A stretch of DNA of 64,000 nucleotides from Schmidtea polychroa (Eukaryota), in assembly GCA_044892525.1 (NCBI GenBank), contig CM097885.1, positions 31,622,001 through 31,686,000 on the forward strand. Reading direction: 5' to 3'. Positions 1 to 16,484 of the stretch are shown piece by piece; the stretch's first letter is position 1, and each line of letters begins with the position of its first letter. The notes under the pieces are model-generated. The model saw only the letters and a list, made by a program, of their open reading frames with translations. It made no database searches and had not been told where the DNA came from. The position numbers and the translations under genes were made by a program.

Positions 1-1002
1 AGCTCTACCTTGAGCTTTAGGGAAAAAGAATAAAATACAATGTAAGTTTTATTCATTAAATTACATTAAATTATTGAATAAATGAAATTTAATAACTTCA
101 TTATCACGTTAATGGTGACTCACCTCAACTTATGTGCACACCAACGTGAATTATAGAAGTTATTAAATTTCGGAATTGGGTGTAGGCAGGTTTAAATTAT
201 AATATCGAATCTTTAATTCAATGGTATTTAGGTCATAATCAATTGTGGTTTGATGTAAAAATTGAGAAATTAGTAAAAATAAATTTAACACATAGTAAAA
301 TATGCATTTAAACTTTATTTTTTGAAGGAATAATGACATAAAAGTTTTGTGCCGAAAACTCGACTGAATTCAGTCTAACTAGTCTAGGGTTTTCGAGAAA
401 ATGAAGAAACATATTTTAAATGATGAAGACAAATTTAATTTTAAAATGTATATTATGAATACCATATAGCTCATTTAGCTCTATTTAAATTTGAAGAGAT
501 AAACTTAAAAAAATAAAAATAAAAACGTAAAAACAATATTTTATGAATATTCGTGATCATAAAAAAATATATGGCTAATAATAGAAACATATCAAATTCA
601 AGTTAAAATTTAATAAAACTTAATTTAAATTGTAAAACATATCAAGAGAGACCAAATTCATAATTTGAATGAAAATAAAAGAAATAAAAAGAAAGAAATT
701 TTTATTTCGTACAAACGGGTGTAAAAGATAAAACTCTGTTATCAAATTCTATTTCATTATAACATAATATCTATGATATTAGAGACTGCTATGTAATTAT
801 GATTATAAAATATGAGATTTGTTTTATCAAAGATTCATAAATGTAACAACAAACAAATCCATGCATACTTCAAGTAATTAATTACTTTAATTATTATGCA
901 CTTATAACTCCTTATGGAAAAAAATCAGTCATTTGAACTGGAATTTGGGAATATATTTTTCTCAAGAAATGTAAATATGGCTTTTAAAAATGTATCTTTG
1001 AG

Positions 1003-1094
1003 AAATCTTGTTAAGGACTATCTTATAGTCGAAAATTCTTTCATTAAATACATTATTTGCAGCAAAAGGCTTAAATTATCATTTTATTGTTTTA

Positions 1095-1096
<2 letters not shown>
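1003..1096 (+). mobile_element. Penelope-like element 3' end (pLTR) fragment running into an (AAT)n tract
   Basis: Matches 42288-42380 and 21773-21852 (GGACTATCTTATAGTCGAAAA...GCAGCAAAAGGCTTAAATTATCA). Confidence 0.7.
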
Positions 1097-1149
<53 letters not shown>

Positions 1150-3318
1150 TTGGGTTATTTATTGTAATCATAAAAATAATATTTGACAACAACTGCTTTA
1201 TAATTAAATTTTATTTTATTTAAATCGGACAATTACATCTGGTAAAAATTTGAAATTAAATGATATGATGTTTTACTGGTAAATCTAAATGTAAATTTTG
1301 CAATGTTTTACTAGCGTATAAAAATATGCTTAGCGTTGTATATAAAATCTGTTTGTGTCGCCATTTTCATCTCATCGAAACATGACTTTTCTTTTAATTT
1401 TATAAGATGTATCAGATATAAAAAAATATTTTCAGACAATTTGTTTTGAAACAATTTGGAAAATGTTGAAATACATCCACTAGAGATTTTTAAAGATTTA
1501 AATTTAAATATTAAATATTAATTATTAAATTCATTTGTGCATCAAACGAGATATTAAAGAATTTAATAGAATAAAGAATATTAAAGAATATAAAGAATAT
1601 AATATATCATATAAAAGTGCAAAATTATTAAAAATTTGAAAAATCGATATTTGTCGAGGAAAAAGGTTAACGATGCATATAAATTTAACAATTGCAAAAT
1701 TAATTAATTAATTAAAATATATTAATTAAAATATAATTAATTTATAATTTAAATATAATTTTAATACAAAAATAAAAGTGGTCGGAAAATAGAACACACT
1801 CAACCAAAAAACTACACTAATTCGATTGGGTAATGACTTCTATAATATAAGTTGGTGTGCAAATCAACTTCATCGTTGCTGTTCAACACCAACTATCCCC
1901 GACTATAAAGCAATTGAAGATTTGCTAACATATATTTTGCGGTTGGAAAAAGAAGTGGTATCCTAAAAATAAAAATAATTGTATCTAAAATTTTATATTT
2001 ATATTTATTTTTCAGTTGAACATCAACTATATATTTAAAAGAAATGATTATGTAAATTTCCCTTTCTAACATTGTTTTATAATTGGCGTTATTACACATT
2101 TAATATGTACCAAACATTCTCGAGTTACAAAAAATCATTAGTTCACTTACCGGTGTGAATTATCTGGGGTCTGATCCAAATTACATCGTTATTGCACGGT
2201 GCTACTCAAAGAATCGGACGAAATCGCCATTCTATATTAACTTACTTTAAAAGCTTTTGACAGAAACTACAACAACTAATAAAAGATAAAAATAATTTTA
2301 AAAATGGATTTTACTACATTTTTTCATTAAAATTCAAATATGACTTGTATTTGGAAAAAAGCTTTTATTAAGTGAAACGTGGTATTTCTTTAGATATTAT
2401 GGTAAAAATATGAATATAAGAAGTATCAATGATGAAGAAAATAAGACTTTAATGTCAATTAAAATTAATTGTTTTTAATAATGTCATCTATTTTAACCTC
2501 TGTATTTCAACAATAACATAAAATTATTTGCATTTAAACAAAAGAATATTCAATAAAAGTAAAGCTTGTTTAATAAACAAAAGAAATATTCAAATATAAT
2601 ATTTATAAATATTCAAGGTGAATTTTATTTCTCGAAACTTTTACAGTTCACTGTACTTGACTTTTGTCAAATCATATTAAATGTATACAAAACGAGTGTT
2701 TTATAAATGCCATGATTAATTTTTAACATGGGGCTAAATAAAAGAATCAGTGATGAATAAATTTAACTTGAAGTATCAGTTATTAATTAAATGGTTTAAA
2801 TTCAAATTAAAAAAAATATATAAAAACATAAATATGACCATTTCTTTTAAAAGTGGTACATGACTCCTTATATTATAAAGAAATATTTAAAAACTTGTTT
2901 TAATAAATAAAAATATTGATAAATTCTAGCTGCCAACTTTTGCGTATTTTGTAATTACAGATGATGTAAATTTATTGTCCAATAATGTTTATTAAAAATG
3001 GTCGAAGAAAATAAATAAATTGATTTAATTCAATGCACAAATTTATTAAGCATCAATCGTAACCAGGGGTTCTAAAAGTTGGAAGGCGCGTATTAGATAC
3101 ATTTTATTCAAATAATGACCAAAAATATTACAAAAATAATATAACTTACTTCAGGGAATGAATTGATTCTCTGCTATTTATCTATTACCGTTTTACTTTA
3201 TTGTTCTATCTAAAAATTAAATCATTAAATGAATGTAAGTAAATTCAAATGTATTTTTTGCATGCATGAACACATTTTTAGTTTAAGTTAAAAAGCCCTT
3301 GATTTACACTATCTAGAC

Positions 3319-3785
3319 CAGTGGTTCCTAACATTTTTACATCGTCTCAAACTATTGAGCTCTTTAAATTTTCACGGCACAATTATCACATTTGATTCTA
3401 ACAACCATCTGAAATAATCGACATTTTTAGTTTGAAAATTAGTATGATTTGTAGTAAGATGCCTTTTTATCTTAATTGGAACCATTGCTTCATTAGACGG
3501 CGTTGGGCCACACACAACACACAGTACGGAGAACGAATATGTGCATTTCCAGTCCAGTGAAACCCAAATTTCAAGAAATCATAACTATACAACCGATAAA
3601 CCTTTGGTTTTTTAAATGAAGTTGTAGAATTATTCTTGTCACCATCGGCTTTTCTTTTGAAAAACTTTTTTTATTATATTTTAAATTCAATTTTAAATTC
3701 AAATTTCAGCGCGCTGTCTCATGATTAAGAAATTGAATGTCTTCCACCTATTATCTCTTAGCGGTACAGTGATAGGTAACCACTG
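3319..3785 (-). mobile_element. Internally deleted hAT (Buster/Charlie-type) transposon
   Basis: TIRs CAGTGGTTCCTA / TAGGTAACCACTG; perfect 8-bp TSD ATCTAGAC (3311-3318, 3786-3793) with central TA. The minus strand encodes the Buster N-terminal Zn-finger segment YDFLKFGFHWTG...PYCVVCG...SNEAMVPIKIKRHLTTNH...DYFR. Confidence 0.92.
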
Positions 3786-5068
3786 ATCTAGACATTTAGA
3801 TACTAATTTCTATATGATCAAATAAAGGGTTGCATACATACAAAAAAGTTGCATAGAAATTTAGTAAAATATTTAAAAAAAACTTTACATTTATTTCTTT
3901 TGTAAAATTTTGTACTTTTCAGATTTTAAATTTCTAAATAAACTTTTCAAACATTTTTCAATAATTTCTTTTTCATTTCACAATGCATTTTTAATAATCG
4001 AATATTTTTAAATTTATAATATTAAAAATATTTAAAATTTTAGAAATTAACGTTCTCAATTTTTATGCGTATTAAAAGCTTAAATTTGTTATAACAGATG
4101 CATAAATTTTTTAATTTATTAAAAGAACATGAGATCAATATTAATAAATAATTAATTTTGCTAATTTCAGTATTAAAATTTATTACGAATATAATTCGAA
4201 TTTAATTGAATTTTAAAACCATTTTAAAACAAGAAGAGTTTGAATAAAATATTACAAATATATTACTTTCAAATAAACGCATCTCATTTAATTAATCGCT
4301 CAAAAAATTTAAAATAAAATTATGAAACGGTAAAATCTTGCCCCAAGATCGAATAAAATTCCAAAATATTAATCCCAATCAAATGTGACATCATTTTAAT
4401 ATTTGGGATTTAAAATTTAATCAAATAAAATTAGCGCCATTTACACAATGAACGTAAATATGTAAATTAAACGGACAAATGATTGGAGAGTGTTTATTTG
4501 GTTGAAAATTATCTCCCAAACAGCTGTCACACAATTTTCACGAGTTTGCGGGACAGTGATATTAATGCTGTCTAAATTGAATTAAAAAATTGGATGAATA
4601 AAATTAATGGGCAATTAATACTCACATAAATTGAAACAAATATTTATTGAAAATCTTGATAAATCCCAATCAGTAAATCTCATCAAGATAAAATTTCACT
4701 CTATATTGAACCGAGAATTTCTAACCAGTTTCCTCGAGGAAAGGGAACCTGACTTCACGTCAGTTTCTAATCTTGAAATCAAAATCGACTTCACTATTGT
4801 ATTTATTCTTTTGTGAGTAGACGTCGACATTTCAGTTTCGAATTTCCGTAAAATGGGAACAATGGACTATAGTTTCATTTGACACTAATAATCGCTGTTA
4901 GGTGTGAATCATTTCCACCAGTTTATATTTGTTCTAATTAATTAATTGCTCTTCATTTAATTTTGCATATATTGTAACGGTGTCAAGAGAAATGAATGCA
5001 AAAAATAGGAAGGAAATCATGACGAAAAATCGGACATTTTTTGACCATTTTAGTCATTGCTTTTTTAA

Positions 5069-5300
5069 CCCTTTCGCCCCTATTGGGACAATACGTCCCA
5101 GAAACTTTCATCATGATCCTACTGGGATATTTTCAAAGCAATTTGCGGTGTTAAAGTTTCTTATTATCCCAGGACTTTCTAGGATATTCAGAAGCGCCAC
5201 GATTACAAAAATGAGAATATTTCATATTTAGGTCAATATTAACAAGTTCCAATATATAAATTTAGCATAGTGTCATTAGCGGAAAGTCGGTGCGAAAGGG
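5069..5300. mobile_element. piggyBac-type MITE
   Basis: TTAA on both sides (5065-5068, 5301-5304); TIRs CCCTTTCGCCCC / GGTGCGAAAGGG (11/12). Confidence 0.85.
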
Positions 5301-5859
5301 TTAAAAATAATATTTTAATTGTATAATAGAAAGTCAGAAGTGATGTATTAATTATTTATTTTTTTAATTATTTATTAATTAAAAACTTATTTTTTCAAAA
5401 TTCAGACACGCACAATTAACTACTATACAACCAGTTACAATTCTTCTGGGGTGTTTTTAGGGACAATGAAAAAGGAAATTATTACCCAAAAATAAATACA
5501 AAAATGCTATTTCGAGAGCCTTCGATCGAAATCGGTACATTGAAAAGATGAGGTGACATTTCAAAATTTCAAAAGGAAAATAAAAAACTTTTTGTATCAA
5601 ATTTGACAGTAAGATAAAACAAGATTAGTTTATAAAAATAATTTAATTTATAATTTAATTTAAGATAAGTAAAATTAGTGTTTTCGGTGGACACTGCCTA
5701 GTAATATATTAATTTTATAATTAAGCAACTTAAAAATGTTTTTTTCATTTCTTGTGTTAATAAATTTCATTCCATATAAAAATATTTTTTTAGTTGAAGA
5801 TAAAATATCGTTTGTTTGAATTATAATGAATAATATCAACTATTTTAGCAGTTATATTA

Positions 5860-6202
5860 CTGTAAAACCCTTCATAATCCCCAATCTTCTATTAAATCCC
5901 CATCACTTTTTTTTAATAAATTTAAATAATTTCTTATCTGAAAACAAAATGTTGAAAAAAAAAATAAAAATATAATATTAATAAATATTTATATGAATTT
6001 TAGATTATATTCAGTATTAAATCAAACTTTCAATAAAGATTTTAATTTCCTTTACATCTCAGTTTTTATGATAATGTAAATCAATTTTATCGACAAAAAT
6101 ATTTTCTGATTATTTTTTTTTTGAAAAATTCTCTATTAATTTCTCACTATATTTTTTAAATAAATAAATAATTCCTCTGGGAAATTATCATAGGTTTTAC
6201 AA
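5860..6202. mobile_element. Probable Tc1/pogo-type MITE
   Basis: TA-flanked imperfect TIRs CTGTAAAACCCTTCATAATCCCC / GGGAAATTATCATAGGTTTTACAA. Confidence 0.55.
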
Positions 6203-6351
6203 TAGTATTGTGATATAAAAATTAAAATTTTTACACTTCATTTTACTTGAAAAAGAATATTTTCTCTATTAAATTAAACAATAGCGGATAATAAATTAAA
6301 ACCTCAAACAAATTGGCTTTTGTAAATGTTAAATCTGGAACGAGTCTCGCC

Positions 6352-7070
6352 CAATGTTTCCTCTAAGCTGTGCAGAGTTTATAACGTCAGCGCACACAAC
6401 AATTTCGAGTACACACAAAATAATTTACAGAAAATATTTATTATTTTTTTAAATAAGTCAGTTATATTACATTTTAGAGTAAGACCATAAATTAAAATTA
6501 TGTAGAATAAATCTAAATATAATTAATTCTAAATAGAGTATAAGAGAGTTACAGAACGATTGTGAATTTGATAAAGTGCAGCATTTTCATACATCTCTTA
6601 TTATCAGTTCGCAGATGACGCTGGACCTATCATGTGTCTTCACCTCTTAAACATTTGATAATATTTCCAGTCACATTAAATTATTTGTCTGTATCCCACA
6701 GACATCCGGTTTTTTAATAAAAAAACTTCTACCTATACCCTGTTTCTTGTCTAATCGTTTGCAATAAAATTTAATAAATGTAAAGGTTTGAGGTTCAAAT
6801 CCTGCTCCGGAAATAAGTTAATGAGACATATTATGGATTATGTAAACCAAAACAACCGTGTTCTTCCACCAGATTTCAAAGCCGCTATATAAATTTCCCC
6901 ATTTTAACTATCCTTATGCAGTTCACACCATTTACTTTGGATTGTAAACCAATACATAATTTTTGGATTAATCACTGTAACACGTGTAGAAAAATGTGCA
7001 CAATTTCAAATATTTTGCATAGACACAATTAGTAGCGCGCAATACAAATGAAAAATTAGTGGCAACATTG
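6352..7070. mobile_element. Probable non-autonomous hAT (Tip100-like) element
   Basis: TIRs CAATGTTTCCTCTAA / TTAGTGGCAACATTG; decayed 8-bp TSD GTCTCGCC / GTCTCTAT. Confidence 0.6.
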
Positions 7071-8072
7071 GTCTCTATGGCATTCATCGTTGAAATAATA
7101 TTGAAGTAGTAAACGTTAAAAACTATTGGAAACACTGTATCCATCAATTTATGCTTTTTCTTAACAAATTTATCTTTTATGATTCATGTAAAATACTTCT
7201 TTATTCTTTTCATTACTTATTGTCACTATTTCCATAGCGATTGCTCCACTTTGATCTAAATCACATACATGCAAGAACAAAATTTCTTTTTTTTATTTAA
7301 ATTAAAAAATTAAAACACCGACGTACAAAACCCTATCTGCTTTGGTTATTTCAAACCAATTTATTAATTTACAAATTTTTTGTTTAAATCACAAAACGTA
7401 CAATACCACTTTTAAAGTCATAGTTGACCAGTAAATATATATTTATAACATTAAATAAATAATACAAACATATTTTCTGAAGGTTTATCAATACATTTAA
7501 GTTATACCGGGGATATTAAAATAAATTAAAATTATTTATAACCTTGAATTTCGTTAATGCTAAAATTGCAGATGCCTTAGTTGTTTTAATAGTGTTTTAC
7601 GCACATAATTCCACTTTAATTTTTATTAATACGCGACAATGTGAATTTTTTCATTTCTGTTTGTGGGAGGGGTGTAACAAGAAGTTAAGCAAAGAGCATG
7701 GACGGACTGTCGCCGAAAATCGAACATTCGTTGCAGCAAATGCTTAAACCAGGCATGCTTAACTTGCAGGTCATGAGCCGCATGTGGCTGTTTCCATATG
7801 TTCTGCGGCTCCAATAGTTCTAAAGAATATATACTACTTTCGGTTCAAAAAGCTTCGGGATATTTTCCAAAATTTTATTATTTAGTTATAGATTTAGAAA
7901 AACTTTATATTTTCATAATTGGTTTAGTGTTTAAGTTTACTTTTTACAACATTTAAATTTAAGAATATTCATTTTTTGTAGGTGACTGCTTTCATATAAA
8001 CTTTGGTAGACATCTCTAACCTAACTACAAAACTCACCAGCTCCCAACAACTATTATTTCAAACCCCTATTA

Positions 8073-8600
8073 CAGTGTTTCCCAAACCGGGGTACGGTAC
8101 CCTTGCGGGTACGCGATGGACCTTTTGGGAGTACACAGGCCTTTTCAATCTTCTATTATCTAAATATTAAAAGATAAATAAAAAAAATTTAATGAGATTA
8201 AAATGTCTTATTAAAATTTTATTAATACAGAAAAATAAAAATATAATCTTGTTTTTTATTTATTGTTTATATTTTCGAATCAATAATATATTTTTAAAAA
8301 TAAACTAAGTTTAAAAATCAAAGCATAAAGTAAATCTTTTATATAAATGTAATTAAAATGTAAGCAGTTTCATCCTTCTCATTAATTACAATAAATTAAG
8401 TATATTATTTTTTATTTTACAATATTTCAGTTATAAAAATATTTAATTTTTCATTAATGCTATTAATTTAAAAGTCGTATATTTTAAAAAAGATATTATA
8501 AAAAAATTTAATCATTATATAAAATTTTAAAGCAAAGGGGTACATTATATAATGAAAATGATGAAGGTGGTACGCAGTACCAAAAGTTTGGGAAACACTG
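8073..8600. mobile_element. hAT (Buster/Charlie-type) MITE
   Basis: Perfect TIRs CAGTGTTTCCCAAAC / GTTTGGGAAACACTG; perfect 8-bp TSD CCCTATTA. Confidence 0.93.
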
Positions 8601-9473
8601 CCCTATTATGACACAACTACATTTCGTCTTATATTGACGACATCTATTGCAGTTTCTAAGATCTTAAACAATAAATTTATTTAGTGAAATCTTTGGAAAT
8701 TTATGCGGAATAAATCTTTTGAAATCGTCAATTCAGTTTTTTATTTTGATGAAAAATTAAAGATTTAATAAAAATTTATTTTACAATCATATTCATATAA
8801 TTATTATTATTTCTTAACTACAAAAAATTTAAATTAAGTTAAAAAACATAATGTAATTTTTTGAAAAACAACCAGTTACGAAAATATTCCCCCACAGAGT
8901 AGTATTCAAAATGGACAAACAAAAAGTACTAAGATTTTCCGTCCCGGTCGGTGTATTCGTGATTGGAAAATTCAAAAAAGTATTATAAAAATGTATAAAC
9001 TGTAAATTTATTTATTTTGTACAAATTTGATCCGCACTTTTTGCTATTTTCAAAGTAAAACTTGCGTGGGTTAATTTGTTGTAATTTTAAAATATGACCT
9101 GAAAATTTAATTCATATTTCACATAATATTTGTTTATGAGTGAAATATAATTTGTTTGTTTATGAGTGAAATATAATTTGTTTGTTTTAATTAAATCTTT
9201 TGAAAATTAAACTCACTGAACCAGCAGCAGGTGTTAAAATTAAATTATTTATAAAATTATAATAAAATAACACTTTAAATTTAGACATTTTTTATTCTAA
9301 AGTGACTTCTAAATAATAAAGTCATGAAAGAAACTAAAAGCCATTCAATATTTCAAGATTTTCTAACAAACTGTTTTAATTCTAATAAATTTCAAATTTC
9401 AAAACTGTTTAAATCTTACTTTAAGATTTATTAGAAATTTAAAAAAACGTATATTTAATTACATATCTTACAT

Positions 9474-9667
9474 CAGTGCTTTTCAGTTTGGAGGACCGGT
9501 AGAAACATTTACTATTGCACTAGTTTTTTTATAGAAGCTTAAATATGTCATGAAATTTATATAAATCCATACTTTTACCAAGATTTCTTGGCACATGATG
9601 CTGCCCAGCAATGTAGGTATCACTGACCGGCGCCAATCTGCGGACCATCACATTTTGGGAAGCACTG
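9474..9667. mobile_element. hAT MITE
   Basis: TIRs CAGTGCTT / AAGCACTG; TSD TCTTACAT / CCTTACAT (7/8). Confidence 0.85.
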
Positions 9668-12004
9668 CCTTACATCACTCACATTCTTCGATCGAACATG
9701 TATAGGTAGTTTTTCACCACTTTTATTTCGATGGAGTATTGTCCTGAAATATTTGTGTTAATTTGAAAAGGATAACATCAAAAATTATTTTTATGTCAGT
9801 ATAAAGAAGAAAATAAATATTAATTTTTATTAATAAACTTTTTAGAATGCGTTAGCTTATTGTTGATAATATCCATTAAATTGAAAATTCAAAAATTGAT
9901 TTTGACAATATTAAAACAAGAGGATTATTTTATGCCAACAATATCTTGAGCAAGCAAACATCAGACATTTCATTCTACATACATTCAATAATTTTAAATT
10001 ACAGATTTATATTATATTTGTAATGAATACAACATTTTTTATCAAGGCACCATTTCCAAATAATCATCAAAACATTTATACAATAATAAATGTTCATATA
10101 ATTAATTTTGTCCTGATTATAGTCAGCTAATTCTATTTAAAAGTAAAACAAATATAGTTGTTAAAATAATTTATCAATTGCAAAAATTGTTATTATTTAA
10201 ACAAAAATTCATTAATTTACTTCATATTTCATTATCTAATGCCGCTAAAAATGATAGGCAATTTCCGAATAGATAATTGAATTTTTATTGAGGTTCTCAG
10301 TTTATAATGGATAATTTATAATTACTAAAAACTGGATATTGGTAAAGTTAATTGCAATTACTGACGCAAAACTATATATTACTGTTATATATATATATAT
10401 ATATATATATTATTTAAACATATTTAAATGTTGCAAAATTTAATATATTTTAAAGTAATTTAAAAATTAAAATTAAACATAATAATTGTTACAAATTTAT
10501 TAAAATATATATGAAGAGGTATTTAGATATAATTTTTAGACATGATTTATTGCTTTTCTTATTATTATTCTTCAATCAGTAAAATTTAAAAAATTAAAAT
10601 TTTAAAATTTTAATAAATCTCAGTAAAATTGATTAAATTCCCAATATTAAAAAAGAAATTTCAAAACAAATGAATTTTATTTTAATTGACTGTTAATCAA
10701 ATAAGCGTCATTTTTGAATTTAAATAACATTTAAATCTGTGTTGCTGTTGCCTACATGTTTTGTACATGAGACATGTAAGCATTGAGAGCTGGATTATTA
10801 AGCCATAAACACATCAAAATGCTGATATTAATAAAAATATGATAATAGGTAAAAGTCTATTCTATTCAAATAATCCAAGAAGGTTTGGCAACTTTAAATA
10901 TGTCTCTTAAACTGGACGAAGTCTACCTTCATTTAGAAATTATTACAAAGGTATGTAGAAACTATTTCAACAAGGAACAATGATCAATTCTGATCAGTTC
11001 CCGAAATATTAAAAAAAACAGACGAAAATAAAAAATAAACACAGAAACCCAATTTTTTTTGTTTTTTGCTATTCTATTTTATGAATATTTTTTCATTTTA
11101 TAAAAAGAGCGTTATAACGAATGAGAGTTGTAAAAGAGCGAGATGTATGAGGCATTACTGTAATTTAAAATCATTATGATAAAAGATGAATAATAATTTC
11201 GGAGAAAAATTCTGTTAAAATCAGTCGGAAATAAAAATTGTCCGTATAGATGTCATTTCAGTCTATGTAAAAAATAAATATTTTCGCATATTATACTTTA
11301 TTTCGTTTACTAAAATTTCTCATTATTCATCAATGAAAACTTCAAATCAAATGATACACGGATTAGATTCTCATTGAAGTGTCAGAGATTATGCAATGTC
11401 AATCAAATCTGATAAAATAAAATATTTATTTTAATATATTTTAACAGTAATTCTCGAGTCATAGAAGAATTTCTTTTCTTTTAAATTAAAATTCTCCCAT
11501 TTTTAATCTAATTACAATATGCAATTGGGAGAACTTCATTGTTAGATTTATAAAAATTGTAAATTATGAATATATTCAATTAAACAATTTATTTTTATAT
11601 ATTAATAATAATAATAATTATTATTATAAAAAGAATGATACCAATATAATATAATTTTAATAAATAAAAATTAAATGATTGTTAATGTGTTTTTTATTTA
11701 ATGGTACATTTCAAATTTATTATATACTCTTCATGAAAAGAAATTCCTCCTGAAAAATTGTTTAAACAATATTCTATATACGAAAAGATTTTGAATAAAT
11801 AAATATTATAATTCTAAAATTGATTATCAATGTAATTAATGCAAAAAACATTGCATCTATTATTATTATTTATTATTGTATTATAAGAACTTTTTTTCCA
11901 ATTTCACCACTGATTTTCTTTCCATAAAATTTATTAAAAAGAGAGCTTGAAGACTATAAATCAGTAATATATCGATGTTTTTGATATTCACGATTTTTCG
12001 GGAC

Positions 12005-12547
12005 TGCCTTTTGCTGCGACTAATGTATTTAATGAAAAAACTTTCGACTATAAGATAGTCCTTGTCAATCTCCTGGAATTTAGCAAAAAAAGAAACAATC
12101 AAAAAAAATGTCAGATTCAAAAAAGCAATTCTCAATAGACAGTCAAAAATCAACACTAAAGAAGAAATCAATGAAATCATCAATTTGATCTGTTGTCATT
12201 GACCTTGAGAATAACTGATAATATATAAAAAATTTAAAAAAATTAAAAAAACTAATAATTAAAATAATATAGAAATTTTAGGAAATATACTTTCAAAAGA
12301 TATGATTTAAAAATCAAAATTGACACATTTACTAAAATATTTAAATCGCGTATATAAATAGTTATTGGAAGCTTTATTTTATAAATATTTTAAAATATTT
12401 TATTAAGGTGGGCTTCTAGGGGCTGATTATAGAAGCTTTAAAAAGTTAAAAATTTTAGTGGGTGTTTCATTTTGAATTTTAAATGATATTTATTCTAATT
12501 TTAAATAAAATTTTTAAAAATTCAGAAAAATAAAGTATATCATTATA
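12005..12547 (+). mobile_element. Penelope-like element copy A, 5' part (inverted pLTR piece, then ORF end and 3' region)
   Basis: 12005-12085 is the pLTR in inverted orientation. From ~12085 the sequence matches the GIY-YIG C-terminus (KINTKEEINEIINLICCH*) and 3' region of copy 41659-42406. Interrupted at 12547; resumes at 21677. Confidence 0.85.
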
Positions 12548-12670
12548 AGTAGGTAGCTAGTCCATTCTTATCCACCTTCATCTTATCTATGCCACTTCTC
12601 AGTATTTACCTCACATAATCCATTAATGAGTAATTCTAACACTTGTTTTCACCCATTTGAATCTCATTAT

Positions 12671-15647
<2,977 letters not shown>

Positions 15648-16023
15648 GGTACTGCTCACACTCAACAGAACTAGTCACTCATTGAACTAGTCATGCTTAT
15701 TATTATTGTTATACAATATGATGTTACTTAGACATTTGAAGGTTCAACCATGGTTACAATTTCTACATTTTGAAAACTCTAATTTGATTGGCTATCTCAA
15801 TTTTTATAAATGTAAAAACAAAAGTAATTTAGTTATTAAGAAATTTATTTATTACTGATGATTTCTACAAGTAAAACTGTTGAATATGAATGTGTAAATC
15901 ACAAAACACATTTGGTAACTTTATTATTTTGTCAATATTTTTTATATATGTCATTTATAGCAAGGAAGTCCTACTAGAAATAAGGAAAAATTAAGTCCAA
16001 CCTATTCCGAAGATAAGCGTTCA

Positions 16024-16484
16024 TTGAAATTTTTTAACAACACAGTTGAAGATTTTATAAATAATCATGATACTTACACTGATAAGGAAATCATAAATAT
16101 TTTAAAAATTTTCAAACATTCCTCTATTGAATATTTGATTGATTTATTTAATTATGATAAATGCATTTTGAAGTTATCTAGTTATTTAATGTATTTAGAA
16201 AAAAAAACAGTGGTAAACAACGATTCACTGAATGAATACTTTTGGAGTTGCATGTATTTAAGGTTGAAATTGGGATATAGTAGATTGATTTATGAATGAA
16301 TAGCAAAAGTCGATTTGATTGAAAATAAGCTAACGGAAAAACTGAACGATGTTAAGAAAAGTTTCTGGTTTTGTATTTACCGTTTGGTCATGTAATTGTT
16401 TATTCTAAGTGTCACGAGGAGAATGTTCACAATTGTCAAGCCTGTTCAACACTGAATAATGAATATCACGCTATATACATGTAA
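16024..16484 (+). pseudogene. Decayed ORF ending in an IAP-type C3HC4 RING-finger remnant (element cargo)
   Basis: A 91-aa ORF is followed, after stops and a frameshift, by LYLPFGHVIVYSKCHEENVHNCQACSTLNNEYHAIYM*. This fits PCGH.V.C..C......C..C.......IY* with two TGT codons mutated (TTT, TAT). Confidence 0.5.

Noticed and set aside
6785..6812. tRNA T-arm-like GGTTCAAATCC (also a similar motif at ~34617)
   Set aside because: No acceptor, D or anticodon arms can be folded.
7750..8020. MER5-like hAT MITE starting CAGGCATGCTTAAC
   Set aside because: Right TIR and TSD could not be identified confidently.
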